Below are positions 48,825 through 61,700 of a DNA stretch of 64,000 nucleotides, in pieces. The notes under the pieces are model-generated. The model made no database searches. It was not told where the DNA came from and was given only the letters and a program-made list of their open reading frames with translations. Each line of letters opens with the position of its first letter. The stretch's first letter is position 1. The stretch is taken from assembly GCF_006345805.1 (NCBI RefSeq), contig NC_043009.1:71982001-72046000 (forward strand), written 5' to 3'. The translations under genes were made by a program, and so were the position numbers. Origin of the DNA: Octopus sinensis (Eukaryota).

Positions 48825-51800
48825 ATACACAAAACATTCTAGCCATCACTCAACACCATCCTATGCTATGCTATTACCCCAGTTCACCAATTCCCCACAT
48901 TGCTGCCACTAACACCCACAAAAATCCAAGCCCCCTGCAACAGTCAAAACCAGCCACTACACTAACCTCCACATTCCTACTCAATGCACAAGGTGTCAGC
49001 CCTTCCATCAACGCACGCAAAAATGGAAGGTCCAATTCATTGAAGACTGGGTTGTTAACCATTCACACCACATCCCTTTCTTCATTCTCACTGAGACCCA
49101 CCTTGACAACTCCCACTTGGAAGCCGAAGTGAGAGTGAAGAATTCACAACATCCTCCGCGCGGATCGTATCGGCAGGAGGAAGGGTGGAACTGCCATTTT
49201 CCTGCATGATTCATTTACGGCAGATGGAAATAGTATATTCTCCAACGGCTACTGTGAACCAGTCACCGTGCACAACAAAGCCAATGACCTGACAGTAATT
49301 GGGCTCTATAGGCCGTCCCAAACACCCATACTGTGCTTTAAAGAATGCCTCAACAGCATTAAGTGCTTTATTCAACAGTGCCATTCTAGCAACATACTCA
49401 TGATGGGAGACTTCAATCTACCCTGTGTTGACTGGACTACAAACTGTTTGAAACCAAGCACTCCTGCCTCAACCGCTGACAAAGAAGCAGCAGAGTCACT
49501 TTTCAACTTTACGAATAAATTTTTCTTGTCCCAACTTGTCCTTGCACACAAACAAGACATCAGAACATTTTGGACCTAGTGTTTTAGTAACCACACTAAC
49601 ACTATACAAACGTTACAGTGGAAAAAACCCTTCTTTCAGACCATGACATGGTTCTCTGTAACATGAAATTCCACCAGCCGAAAGCTGATCCTAGTGCCCT
49701 CCCTCCAGCCCACCCATTGACAACATGGATCTCCATAATGCCAACTGGGATGCAATCAGGAACGAGCTATCACATGTTGACTGGTCCTTACACATACACA
49801 CATCTCCACAACCATAAAACATCTTGGCAGATCTTGTAGACACCGTCACAGACATATGTGCAAAACACTCCCACCAAGACCTGTGAACAAAAAGTGCAGA
49901 ATCCCCCAAAACAGAAAACCATTATCAGAAAATAAAAGAACAAAAAAATTAACAAACTAAAGTACTGCACACACACACATTCGCCGGCTATCCACTGCTT
50001 GAATCCAAAAAATATAACCTCCAACAATGCATGAAGACCCTCATCAATAACCACAGATCAGCTGAGGAGAAGTGGGCCATTGAAAAATCAAACTCAACCC
50101 CAAAGTGTTCTTTTCATTTGCGAGGAAACACAGGGTCACTGTCTCCACCTGTTGGCCCTCTAATTGACGAAACTGGCACTCTCCAAGATAATGCCAAATC
50201 CATGGCCGAGATACTGCAGAAAACAATACTGCTCTGTTTTCAGCAATCGATCCTGATGCCAATCTGGCTGTATCAGTGATGTCAACCCCCAACACACAAT
50301 CGGACATAACGTTTAGTGCCCCTGATGTCTTAAGCGGCGATAAACAAAATAAAAACACAATTCAGCAGTAGGCCCGATAGGTTCCCTGCTTGTGTCCTGA
50401 AGGTGTGTCGACACCACCTTGCATCCCCCTTGCTAATCTGTGGAGAAACACACTGGATGCTGGCTATATTCCAAAAAAAACCTTCTGTCCCAGTCTGTTG
50501 TCCCAGTTTTCAAAAAGGGAAACAAGTCCCTTGCAGTGAACTACCGTCCGATCTCACTCACCTCTCATATCATCAAGGTATTTGAGAGGGTGGTGAGATC
50601 TCGAATAACCCAATTTCTGGAAAGCAACAGACGGCTGATCTCCAACCAACATGGGTTCCGTAATGGAAGGGACTGCCTAACGCAGCTCCTGCATCACTTT
50701 GATGACATTTGATGACATCAAGGTAGATGTCATCTACCTTGATTTCAGTAAGGCCTTCGACAGGGTCGATCACAAGATCCTATTGAAAAAACTATCCAAC
50801 ATTGGTGTCTCTGGAAAGTTACTGAAATGGATCAAGTGTTTCCTGACAGACAGATCTCAACATGTTGTAGTTGAAGGGGTAAAATCAAGCCCAGCCAAAG
50901 TCAGTAGTGGCGTTCCGCAAGGCACTGTGCTGGGCCCACTTCTTTTCATCATTTACATTAATGACATTAATCAAGCACAGCAACATAAAAATTTTTGCAG
51001 ATGATTCCAAGCTACAGAAGGTCATAAATGAGGCGAGTGACCGGACATGCCTTCAGTCAGATCTACTGGCTGTTATCCAATGGGCAGAAAAAAACAATAT
51101 GCTGCTGAACGAGGATAATTTGAGTTAATCCACTTTGGAAAAGAGATCCCTGAAACTCCCATACTCCCTTCCTTCAGGTGAAACTCTCGCAGCGTCCAAC
51201 AACATCAGAGACTTGGGAGTAAATGTGGACAACAACATAAGCTGGGCCACTCATATACACCCAAAGTTGACATGGCCCGCAGAATGGGTTCCTGGATTCT
51301 CAGAACTTTCCAGTCGAGAGATATCCACACCATTATCCTTCTCTTCTCCACTTTTTGCCCGACCCCACCTTGAATACTGTTGTCCCTGTGGTCTCCCCAC
51401 ACAATACAAGGTATCATAAAAGTTGAAGCACCTCAAAGGGCAATCACAAAAAAGATAGATGGCATGACAGGCCTCGACTATTGGGTCGACTAGAAAAGCT
51501 AAAACTTTATTCTCTCCAACGTCGTCCTGAGCGCTACAAATCATCTGCATGATGTGGAAAATATTCCATCAGCATTGCCCAAATGATGTTGGCATCACCT
51601 TCAGGGTACATCCAAGGCTTGGGCCCCGTGCCATCCGCCCAAACAAAAAATCGCACTCTCATCTCATAACAACAATACGGCACAATTATTTCACCTCAAT
51701 TGGCCCCGCTCTCTTTAAAACATTACACCAAAACACATTAAAACAGAAACTGACCCTATAGGGTTCAAGAAGTCTTTGGACAGATCCTTCAAGAAATCCC

Positions 51801-51963
51801 GGATAAACCCTCTACAACCCCGGATATGTCTCTGTAAACAATAACTCTCTACTTGAGTGGGCCATAGTGCCCAATTCTGACTTGAAAGACTTCACCAGGT
51901 GGTGCTATTAAGTTAGACATGGCCTGGGCCAATAATGGCCGAAACCTATCAAAGTATCAAAGT
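48825..51963 (+). mobile_element. CR1-group LINE, near-complete ORF2 (APE endonuclease + RT), many frameshifts, tail (TATCAAAG)2
   Basis: Endonuclease: LLNAQG...LTETHL...IGLYRP...MGDFNLPCVDW...SDHDMV. RT: NYRPISLTS, YLDFSKAFD, SGVPQGTVLGPLLF and FADDSKL. Confidence 0.93.
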
Positions 51964-52055
51964 ATATATATATATATATAAATATATATATATATTATAT
52001 ATAAATATATATATATATATAAATATAAATATATATATATTATAAATATAAATAT

Positions 52056-52105
<50 letters not shown>

Positions 52106-52339
52106 TATAAATGAGGGTGAAAAATCGATATTATTTAATAATACCATTAATTTAACACCAAGTGGCTTAGCATAAAAAACTACGGAGAAAATACAAATTT
52201 ATATCTTCTGTGGTTGCTTCGGAGCTATTTTTAGCACTAGAGTTATCCACATAGTGGATAACTCTCTAATAATTTATATATATATACATATATATATATA
52301 TATACATATAAATATATATATACATATAAATATATATAT

Positions 52340-52858
52340 CGAAAATCGAATTGAAATCGAATTGAACCAGCCAGGATCCCTGGTCTGGTGGTACGTAAAA
52401 AGCACTATCCGACTCGTGGCCGTGGCACGTAAAATACTCCAATGCGACCGTACGACAGGCACCCATGCCAACCCCCTTTGCTTGTGAAGACATGTTGGGG
52501 CAAGCGAATCGAATTGAACCAGCCAGGATCCCTGGTCTGGTGGTACGTAAAAAGCACTATCCGACTCGTGGCCGATGCCAGCACCGCCTCGACTGGCTTC
52601 CGTGCCGTTGGCACATAAAATGCACCAATCTGACCGTGGCCGTTGCCAGCCCCGCCTGGCACCTGTGCAGGTGGCACGTAAAAGCACCCACTACACTCAC
52701 GGAGTGGTTGACGTTAGGAAGGGCATCCAGCTGTAGAAACATTGCCAGATTAGACTGGAGCCTGGTGCAGCCTTCTGGCTTCCCAGAACCCCCGGTCGAA
52801 CCGTCCAACCCATGCTAGCATGGAGAACGGACGTTAAACGATGATGATGATGATGATA
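52340..52858 (+). mobile_element. RTE 3'UTR / family B repeat with an internal ~64-bp duplication
   Basis: CGAATTGAACCAGCCAGGATCCC...CCGACTCGTGGCC occurs at ~52358 and ~52510, followed by the standard tail. Confidence 0.85.
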
Positions 52859-52877
52859 CATATAAATATATATATAT

Positions 52878-52909
<32 letters not shown>

Positions 52910-52929
52910 CATATATATATACACTGTAC

Positions 52930-53215
52930 ATGGCTTAGTGGTGATGGAGTTGCACTCATGGTTGCGAGATCATAGGTTCAATTCTCAGACTGGGGGTTGT
53001 GTTGTGTTCTTGAGGCAAAGCACTTTATTTCGTGCTGCTCTGCAATCATTTCGTCATCTGACATGTGGCCCCCGTTGCACCTGTACAGGTAATGTCGATC
53101 GCATGGAGGGAGTGAGCTTATGTCTACACAAACATTTGATCACAGAAAACAAATCATTTGTGTGGTTGTTCGGCAAGAAATTGCCGAACCCTCATGTACT
53201 GCCTGACAACAGGAG
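52930..53215 (+). mobile_element. tRNA-derived SINE (family D)
   Basis: A box TGGCTTAGTGG and B box GGTTCAATTC, followed by GTGTTCTTGAGGCAAAGCACTTTATTTC. Confidence 0.7.
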
Positions 53216-53244
53216 TATTCATTATAATATATATATATATCATC

Positions 53245-56200
53245 ACTATCATCATTTAACGTCCGTTTTCCATGCTAGCATGGGTTGGACGGTTTTGACT
53301 GAGGGCTGGCAACAAGATGGCTGCTCCAGTCTTGATCTGGCAGAGTTTCTACAGCTGGATGCCCTTCCTAATGTCAACCACTCCGAGAGTGTAGTGGGTG
53401 CTTTTTACGTGCCACCGGCATGGGCGCCAGTCAGGTGGTACTGGCAATGACCTCGCTCGAATCTTTTTACACGTGCCACTGATACAGGTGCCAGTGAAGT
53501 GACGTTGGTAACGATCACACTTGAATGGTGCCCTTTTACGTGCCACGGGTAAGGAAGCCAGTTCTTGGCACCCTACTAGCACAGGCATAAGTGCCAGTAA
53601 GGCGACACTGGTAACGATCATGCTCGAATAGCCTCTCTGTCAACAATCACACTTGTATGGTGCTTTTTGCACCTCGCTAGCACAGATGCCAGTCATCGAA
53701 ATTATTTTGATTTTGATTTGATCTTGATTTTGATTTCACTTGCCTCAACAGGTCTTTGCAAGCAGAGTTTTCTGACCAAAGAAGGAAAAGCTCCGCATAA
53801 GCGGGCTGGTTATGCTTCTGGCATAGGCCATGGGTTGTGGTTTCATCTGGCTTGCCGGGTCTTCTCGAGCACAGCATATTTCCAAAGGTCTCAGTCGCTA
53901 ATCATTTCCTTGGTGAGGCCTAATGTTCGAAGGTCTTCCTGGGTCTACCTCTTCTACAGGTCCCCTCGACGGTTAGGGTGTGACACTTTTTCACACAGCT
54001 ATCCTCATCCATTCTCACCACATGACCATACCAATGCAGTCGTCTCTCTTGCACACCACATCTAATGCTTCTTAGGTCCAACTTTTCTCTCAAGGTACTT
54101 ACACTCTGTTGAGTATGCACACTGACATTACACATCCATCGGATCATACTAGCTTCATTCCTTGCAAGTTTACACATGTCCTCAGCAGTCACAGCCCATG
54201 TTTCACTGCCATGTAGCATGGCCGTTTGTACACATGCATCATACAGTCTACCTTTTACTCTGAGCGAGAGGCCCTTTGTCACCAGCAGAGGCAAGAGCTC
54301 TCTAAACTTTGCCCAAGCTATTCTTATTCTAGCAGCTACACTTTCAGTGCACCCTCCTCCGCTACTCATTTAGTCACCTAGATAACGGAAGCTATCAACT
54401 ACTTCTAGTTTTTCTCCCTGGAATGTGGCGGAAGTGGGTCTCTGAGCATTTTCAGTGTTTATCGCTCCCGAGCATCTGCCACATACAAAAACTATCTTCC
54501 TAGTTAGCCTTCCTTTGATATTACTGCACCTCTTATGTGTACACTGGGTACATCTTATAGAGTTTCTACCTACACCTCTACTACAGATCGAGCAGGGCCA
54601 TCAACCTGAAGGGATTTGTGGTTTGGCTGCCTTCCTACTTATTAGGACTTTGGTTTTAGCTAGGTTGATTCTAATCCTTGTTTCCACACTTGAAACTTCT
54701 CCTCTAGTTCTGATAGTGACTCAGCAATAAGAGCAAGGTCATCAGCATAGAGGAGCTCCCAGGTGCATCCTGTCTTGAATTCCTCTGTTATTGCCTGGAG
54801 AACTATGATAAATAGGAGGGGCTGAGGACTGAACCTTGGTGGACACCTACCTCTACCTAGAATTCTTCACTGTACTTGTTGCCAACCCTCACCTTACTGA
54901 TGGCATCCCTGTACATGGCTCGCACAGCTCTCACTAACCATTCATCTATCCCTAGTTTCCTCATTGACCACCAGATAAGGGATCAGGGGACCCTGTCAAA
55001 GGCTTTCTCCATGTCAACGAAAGCCAGGTACAGAGGTTTATCTTCGGTATTTCTCCTGCAGCTGTCTTACCAGAAATATAGCATCAGTGGTGCTTTTCCT
55101 TGGCACAAACACAAACTGCATCTCATCTAAACTGACTCTCTCTCTAATTAGTTGGGCTATGACCCTCTGCGTGACCGTCATTACCTGATCCAACAACTTG
55201 ATACTTCTGTAATTATTTATATCTAAAGCATCACCTTCACCTTTGTAGCAGTTGACTATGGTGCTGGTACTCTAGTCATTGGATATGACTCCTTCTTGTA
55301 TCACCTGGTTAACTTTATGGGTGACTAGGGTATAGCCAACACTGCCAGATATTTTGAGCATCTCTGCAGTGATTCCTGATGAGCCTGGGGCTTTCCCTGC
55401 CTTCATACTCTTGATTGCTTTATCTACCAAGGTACTGTCAACACGGATAGCTGGTCTCTCTGTTGGGTTGACATTCAGCAGACTCTCTTTATCCCATTCA
55501 TTTTCCTTATTTAGCAGCCTCTCATAATGGTGTCTCCAAACCTCTCTCTTTGCATCCTCATTTAGTGCAAGTGAACCATCATCCATGCGAACACATTTCT
55601 CTCCTACCACATCACGATTCTCTCTCACACACTGTCTTGCAACACGAAATACCTCAAGTCTTTTATCCTCACGGTGCAGAACACTGGCAAAGTTTTTCTT
55701 ATCTGCTTCCCCTCTGGCTAAATACACCTGCCTCCTAGCTTCCCTTCTGGCAGTCTGATACACTTCCCTGCTACCACCGTTCTTCCAGTCCTTCCAAGCC
55801 TGTTTCTTTTGTCTAATAGCCCTGTCAACAATATCATTCCACCACCACGTTATTTTGGGTCTTTAGGGGACTTTGCACTAACCACAGATCTGGTCAGTGG
55901 CTCTCAGCAGGGTGTCCCTTAGAAACCTCCAGTTGTCTTCTACCCCATGTGAAGCTATATCCCCTTCTATTTCGTCAAAGGCTTCAAGTAATAGTGTCTA
56001 AATCTCTGTCCATTCGCAGGATCTTTAAGACCCTTCTTCTCCACGTTGGTCGTCTTCTGGTCGTCCTCTTAGTCCTGATCCTAAAGTCACTAACTACCAG
56101 TCTATGTTGTGGGGAACATTCTTCGCCAGGAAAGGTTTTGGCATTTATAAGCAGCCATCTTTTCCCTTTTCCTGGCAAGGATGTAGTCAATTTGGCTGGT

Positions 56201-56755
56201 ATGTCGGCCCGATCGGTAGGTGACTAGTAGGTTTCCTGAAGTTAATGTTGCAAACCATAAGATCATTTGCATCGCCAACTCCAGCAGCCTGGTTCCCTCC
56301 CTCCTCGTTGCGGAACCATAACCATAGCCTCCATGTACACCATGGAAGCCCCCAGCATGTCGTCCATCATGACCATTGAAGTCACCAGCCACAAAGAGAA
56401 GGTCTCTGTCATTCGTCAGCGAGGTAGTCTGCAGTAGGGTGTCATAGAATCGGTCTTTCTGTCCATCGGGTAGCCCCAGCTGAGGGGCATAGGCCGATAT
56501 AATGGTTGCTAATCCATGATGAAGCACTAATCTAATTTTAAGTATTCTGTCGCATACTCTGACTATCTCAATTACCTTATCTACCCATTTTTCAGCGAGA
56601 AGTATACCCACGCCCCCGACCCCGTCAGTGTTCCCAGAAAATCTTGTACCTGTGTTCTTTGCCTGTGAGGAACCTAGCAGAACCTTCTCTCCACCTCACT
56701 TCTTGGATGCAACACATATTGACACATCTCCGTTCAAGCATCTCAACAATCTCAT
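53245..56755 (-). mobile_element. RTE LINE (APE + RT) with frameshifts and internal deletions, long 3'UTR
   Basis: EN: CCIQEVRW, GILLAEKW, ISAYAPQ, AGDFNGH, SQIDYIL, QHRLVV. RT: GKAPGSSGITAEMLK, F(V)DMEKAFD, YADDL. C-terminus: LHGSETW...WYGHVVRM...GRPRKT. Confidence 0.92.
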
Positions 56756-57029
56756 ATATATATATGGGAATAGTACAATGGCAAGGAAACTGTGAAGACT
56801 CAGTGGACATCTGAGAGATTAATGGTTCTTACCGTAAGCAGTGAATACATCACCACATCAACAAACCTTTTTCTATTTGGTTAGCATGCTGTGAGGAATT
56901 TTTAACTTCACATCAATGGGAAAAGTTATTTCTACAAAAATAATATTTTTTTGGCAAAAAAGGAACATCATTTGTGGACCTTTGCAGCTCCCTGTAGACT
57001 GATGGAGTTGAGCTTCTATTTTAACTTCA

Positions 57030-57182
57030 TCATCATCATCATCATCCATCGTTGAACGTCTGCTTTCCATGCTGGTATGGGTTGGACGGTTTGACTGAGG
57101 ACTGGTGAGCCAGAAGGCTGCACCAGGCTCCAATCCAATCTGGCAAGGTTTCTACAGCTGGATGCCCTTCCTAACGCTAACT
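57030..57182 (-). mobile_element. RTE-tail repeat (family B) 3' end
   Basis: (CAT)n...CATGCTGGTATGGGTTGGACGG...GGATGCCCTTCCTAACGC. Confidence 0.85.
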
Positions 57183-57399
57183 TGTATAGAGAAATTGTGG
57201 GCAAGGGTCAGAATTCCAAATGGTTGAGACGAATGATTTGGAAAAGTAATAAGGATATGAGGTGGATAAAAGGATGCATTGAATGAATCAGGAAAGAAGA
57301 TGTGAGCGGTTTATTAATCCAGGGAAGATGCTTTGGCATGAAAAACTGTATCTCTGAATCAATGGTTGCAGAGCTGTGTGGGTTTTTGTTAATCAACTC

Positions 57400-58600
57400 T
57401 CTCTCTCTATCTGCTCAGTCGAAGTCGACTCTCGGTCACTCATTGGATCAATGTCCTCCAGTCAGTTCTATCCTGGGCCACTTCGTTCAGATTGGCTATG
57501 TCCATTCCGGTATCCCTCTTGATGGTGTCAAGCAAGCGGGTTCTTGGTCGGCCTCTTCCTCTCTTGCCACTGACCATTCCAAGCATGACGTCCTTCTCCA
57601 GGGATTTTCTCCGCATAATATGACCGAAATATGCCAATCTATGCTTGGTGATCCTAGCTTCTAGCGACATTTTCAGCCTCATCTGCTTAAGAACTTCTCC
57701 ATTGGTGAGCCTTGCTGTCCATGGAATCCGTAAAAGTCTTCTCCAACACCAAAGCTCGAATGCATTAATTCTCTTCTGCTCAGCTTTCTTTAGTGTCCAG
57801 GTCTCGCATCCATATGTTGCTATTGGGAAGACAACTGCATTTACCAATCTGCATTTGGTAGCGAGTCTGATGTCTCTACTCTTCCAGACCCTGCTCAAGC
57901 TGACCATTGCCTCTCTGCCGAGTACTATCCGCCGTCTTATTTCTGGAGTGCAGTTACCATCTCGATTTATTTTGGAGCCAAGGAAGATGAAACTATCAAC
58001 CACTTCGATCTCTTCATTATCGATCTTGATGCTGATGTTTGTTGTGGATGCTGTTGACATGATCTTCATTTTCTTAACATTGAAGTACAGCCCAAATTTC
58101 TCACTCTCTTTCTTGACCAGCAGGACAAGATCCTCCAGATCCTTACCACTCTCCACCAGCAGGGTTGTATTGTCTGCATAGCGAAGGTTATTAATATTTC
58201 TTCCTCCAATCCTCACTCCAATGCTGCTATCCTCCAGGCCTGCATTCCTCATGACCTTTTCAGCATACATGTTGAAGGCTGCTGGTGACAGGATGCAACC
58301 TTGCTGAGTGCCTTTTCCAATCTAAAACCAATCAGTGTCGCCATATGGTGTCCGTACTGTAGCCTCTTGGTTTTGATAGAGTGATCTAATAAGGTGTAAA
58401 GGTGTTCCCATTTCCTCCAGACATTTCCATAACTTGTCATGATCAATGCTGTCAAAGGCTTTGGAGTAATCGATGAAACACATGTACAGCTTCTTTTGGT
58501 ATTCTCTTGCCTTTTCCATAATCCACCGTAGGTTGGCGATGTGACCGTGGGTGCCTCTTCCCTTTCTGAAACCAGCCTGCACCTCTGGCAATTCTCTCAA
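57400..58600 (-). mobile_element. RTE LINE of BovB-like type, 5'-truncated RT
   Basis: EVQAGFRKGRGT..HIANLRWIMEKAREYQKKLYMCFIDYSKAFD, QGCILSP, NNLRYADNTTL, YGCETWT, FELWCWRRLLRIPW and RGRPRTR. Confidence 0.92.
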
Positions 58601-59639
58601 TAGTTGTGTTAATCAACTACTTGTAAATAATGTTTATAGATGAAAGTCAAAGTGTGTATTTATGCAAAACGTGTGAGAACAATATCCTGATGAGGGCCAC
58701 ATATAATGTTTTTGTTGTTTTTACTTGAGGACCAACAATAGATCAATGCTGATGTATTTTTTTAGTATTGAAGAGAAAGTTTCATTTTTGAATTTCAGAT
58801 CTGGCAATGTTTAAATCCTGCAAGGGATAACCATTGCACAGATTTCATATCCATCCAACAACTCTACTCAGAAACCGGAATGCACCGTGTTGCTTGGATG
58901 ATTCAGGAGTGCTAGCTCAGACTGCTTTGGCCATGTTGCTTATGCATGCAGCTCCTCAACTAACCAGGTTTTCAGTCAAACCATCCAACTCATGCCAGCA
59001 TGGAAAACAGATATTAAATGATGATGGTAATGATGTGACTCTGCTTATCATGTGCTCTTCATTGAGGATCCAGATGGGCTGACAGTTTGTGTTGGTCAAC
59101 CACAAGCCACATAGTCACAGTAGATGACAAGGTACTTTGTGGAGATGACTGACTGAGATTCTGCTCAACAGTGTAGACCCATGAAGACCCTGGAGTATAC
59201 TAACAAATGGTAAACGCAGCAACACACTGCAATATCACATGCTCCCTCACCTTATTTGATTCCCCAAAGAAAGACTTGGTCTCAAACACTGGCAATTTCT
59301 ATCAATTACACGCCAACTTAAGAAACTTCATGCTTTACCTAGAAATACTAGATTTGCTGGTACAGGCCACCATTAGTGTCGCAGGAGTCTATTTCTATAT
59401 TTACATATGAAAGTTCACCGTGACAGATTATCCGAGATAACAACATGAAGGGTTTCTTATGGCTCTTTGAAAGTTTTAATTACGTGCTCACACATCAGGA
59501 GGGTGCAGAGCAAGACTGTTGACCTGATAGATATAGAAATTGTATTTATGTGTTACTGAAGTATAAACTAGTCTGGTTGTCAAGTTCTGTTTTTAATGTG
59601 TCCCTTCATAATTGGTGTGAGGTGACAAGGTTCCATGTT

Positions 59640-61191
59640 AGTTAGTTAGTTAGTTAGTTAATTTGGCTCAAAAGCAAATAGCAAGGCCATGTAGGGGGAC
59701 ATGGAGTTAAGTACAGGGTGGTGTTCATGTAAAGAGTTCAGGCCACTTGAGGTCCAGGGAGGCTTTGAACAAAGCGGTCGTCGGCATCTTCACCATCTCG
59801 TCTGGCAGCTTGTTCCACGGATCCGCAACCCGGACGGAGAAAGCTCCTCTCCTTCGATTGAGATGAAATCGTCGCAGGTAGAGCTTTTCGGAATGACCCC
59901 GCAGCCGACGCTCCGGAGCAGGAGTGAAGAACAGCTCTTTCAAGAGGTTACACTTCCCGCTTATGATGTTGTGGGCAAGAATGAGATCACCACGGCGGCG
60001 GCGTTTTTCAAGAGAATAAAGGTCGAGCGTCCTCAGCCTTCCTTCGTAGGACAAATTTTTGAGACCATGAACCATGCGGGTAGCCAGCCTCTGGACTCTT
60101 TCGAGATGCTGTATGTCTTTGAGGAGATAAGGAGAACAGGCTTGAATCCCATACTCCAATATGGGTCTCACCAGCGTGACATAGAGTGGTAGGAATATGG
60201 CTGCTGTGAGCATTCCGAATGACCGTCGAATCAAAAACAGAATTCCGCGCGCTTTGTTGGCAGCATGGACGCACTGGGCCGAAGGCGAAAAGGAAGAATC
60301 CACCAAGATACCCAGGTCCTTTACCTGATCGGTCCTCTCCAGCAGCAGCGAGACCACCCGGCTCGAAATCAAGTTGAGTTGCAGGAGTAGAGCCGACAGG
60401 CAGATGACAGCACTTTGACACGTTCAGACACAGGTCCCAATCGTTAGACCACTTCCAAATTTGGTGGAGGCATCAACGAAGATTCTCTATACTACGCGAG
60501 GAGCGACCATTTGATATCGTCGGCAAATAGAAGGGTGTGTTTGCGTGAGGTCGTCGGGCAAGTCATTTATGAAGACTAAGAACAACAAGGGCCCAAGCAC
60601 TGACCTTGAGGCACGCCACACTGCTCGCACTGGAGACATCGGACCGCGAACCATTAACTTGAACTTGGAAGGAGCGATCTGAGAGGAAGGCACCAACCCA
60701 TCGTACAATATCCGGATGGAAACTATATGCTTGAAGCTTGACAAGTAGTAGGCGGTGGTTTACCGAGTCAAACTTTGGCAAAGTCCAATAAAACGATGTC
60801 AACAGCATCACTATCATCGAGGATGCGCGTCACCAATTCTTCCATTACTAGTAAGTTGGTCAAGCATGATCTCTTCGGCACGAAGCCGTGTTGGGAATCA
60901 GTGATCGAGGCTGTGTTTAGGAGGTGGAGCATCATACTTTTCTTAAGGATGGTTTCGAACATCTTGCTGATTATTGATGTAAGGGAAACCGGACGGTAGT
61001 TAAGCGGGTCTTCGCGGATCCCTTTCTTGAAAATTGGGCAGATTATTGCTGTTCTCCAGTCTGCAGGTATAACACCCGTCGCCAATGACATATTGAATAG
61101 TCGTGTTAAGGGCTCGCAGATGACCGGAGCCAACGCTTTGATAACCCATGGGTGTATGCCGTCAGGGCCGTGACCCTTGTTGACATCGAGG
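59640..61191 (-). mobile_element. CR1-group LINE, 5'-truncated, (TAAC)n tail, candidate 7-bp TSD CCATGTT
   Basis: GPDGIHP, PIFKKG..NYRPVSLTS, LDFAK, FADD, LYVTLVRPILEY and FSVRVADPWNKLP. CCATGTT occurs at 59633-59639 and 61192-61198. Confidence 0.92.
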
Positions 61192-61419
61192 CCATGTTGT
61201 TGCTAAGCCACCAGGTTAAGCCTAATTGAGCAAACATACAATCCAAGGTGTAACCATACCATTTTTTGTTGGGTATCTGGCACTATGTTATATACTATGT
61301 CTTGCCCTTTTGTAAAATAATAGGCTTGAGGGGGATTTGACTGCTAATTCTAGCAAGTCTACTGTCTGCATAGAGGCTTTCTCATGGAACCACTGTGTGC
61401 AGAAGGCTAAAGGTAGAAA

Positions 61420-61700
61420 GTGTTAAATGAAAAGAAAGAAGGAAATAGGTGAAATAACTGAACCAGGTGAGGGAGAATAAAATACAGGTGAGGGAGAACT
61501 CCCATACAATGAATTACAATTGAATGGGCAGTTGACAAATTTCCAATTCAAAAGAAAAAACTTCAGATGGATCCCATAAGCAAGCAACTGGATGGGGAGA
61601 TTTTTGTACCAGAAAATGATTAAAGGTTTCACTGATGTTAAAAGCAACAACAATATTTTCACCAATGTTTTTAAAAGAAGGGACAACTGCAGTAGAGTAT
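61420..61700 (-). mobile_element. Degenerate CR1/L2-like RT remnant
   Basis: ORF 61423..61686 (LTSVKPLIIFWYKNLPIQLLAYGI...PGSVISPISFFLFI) resembles LDISKAFDRVWH...SYGI...PQGSVLGPxLFLIFI. Confidence 0.45.

Noticed and set aside
58685-58720. CTGATGAGGGCC motif
   Set aside because: There is no downstream stem II partner or GAAA.
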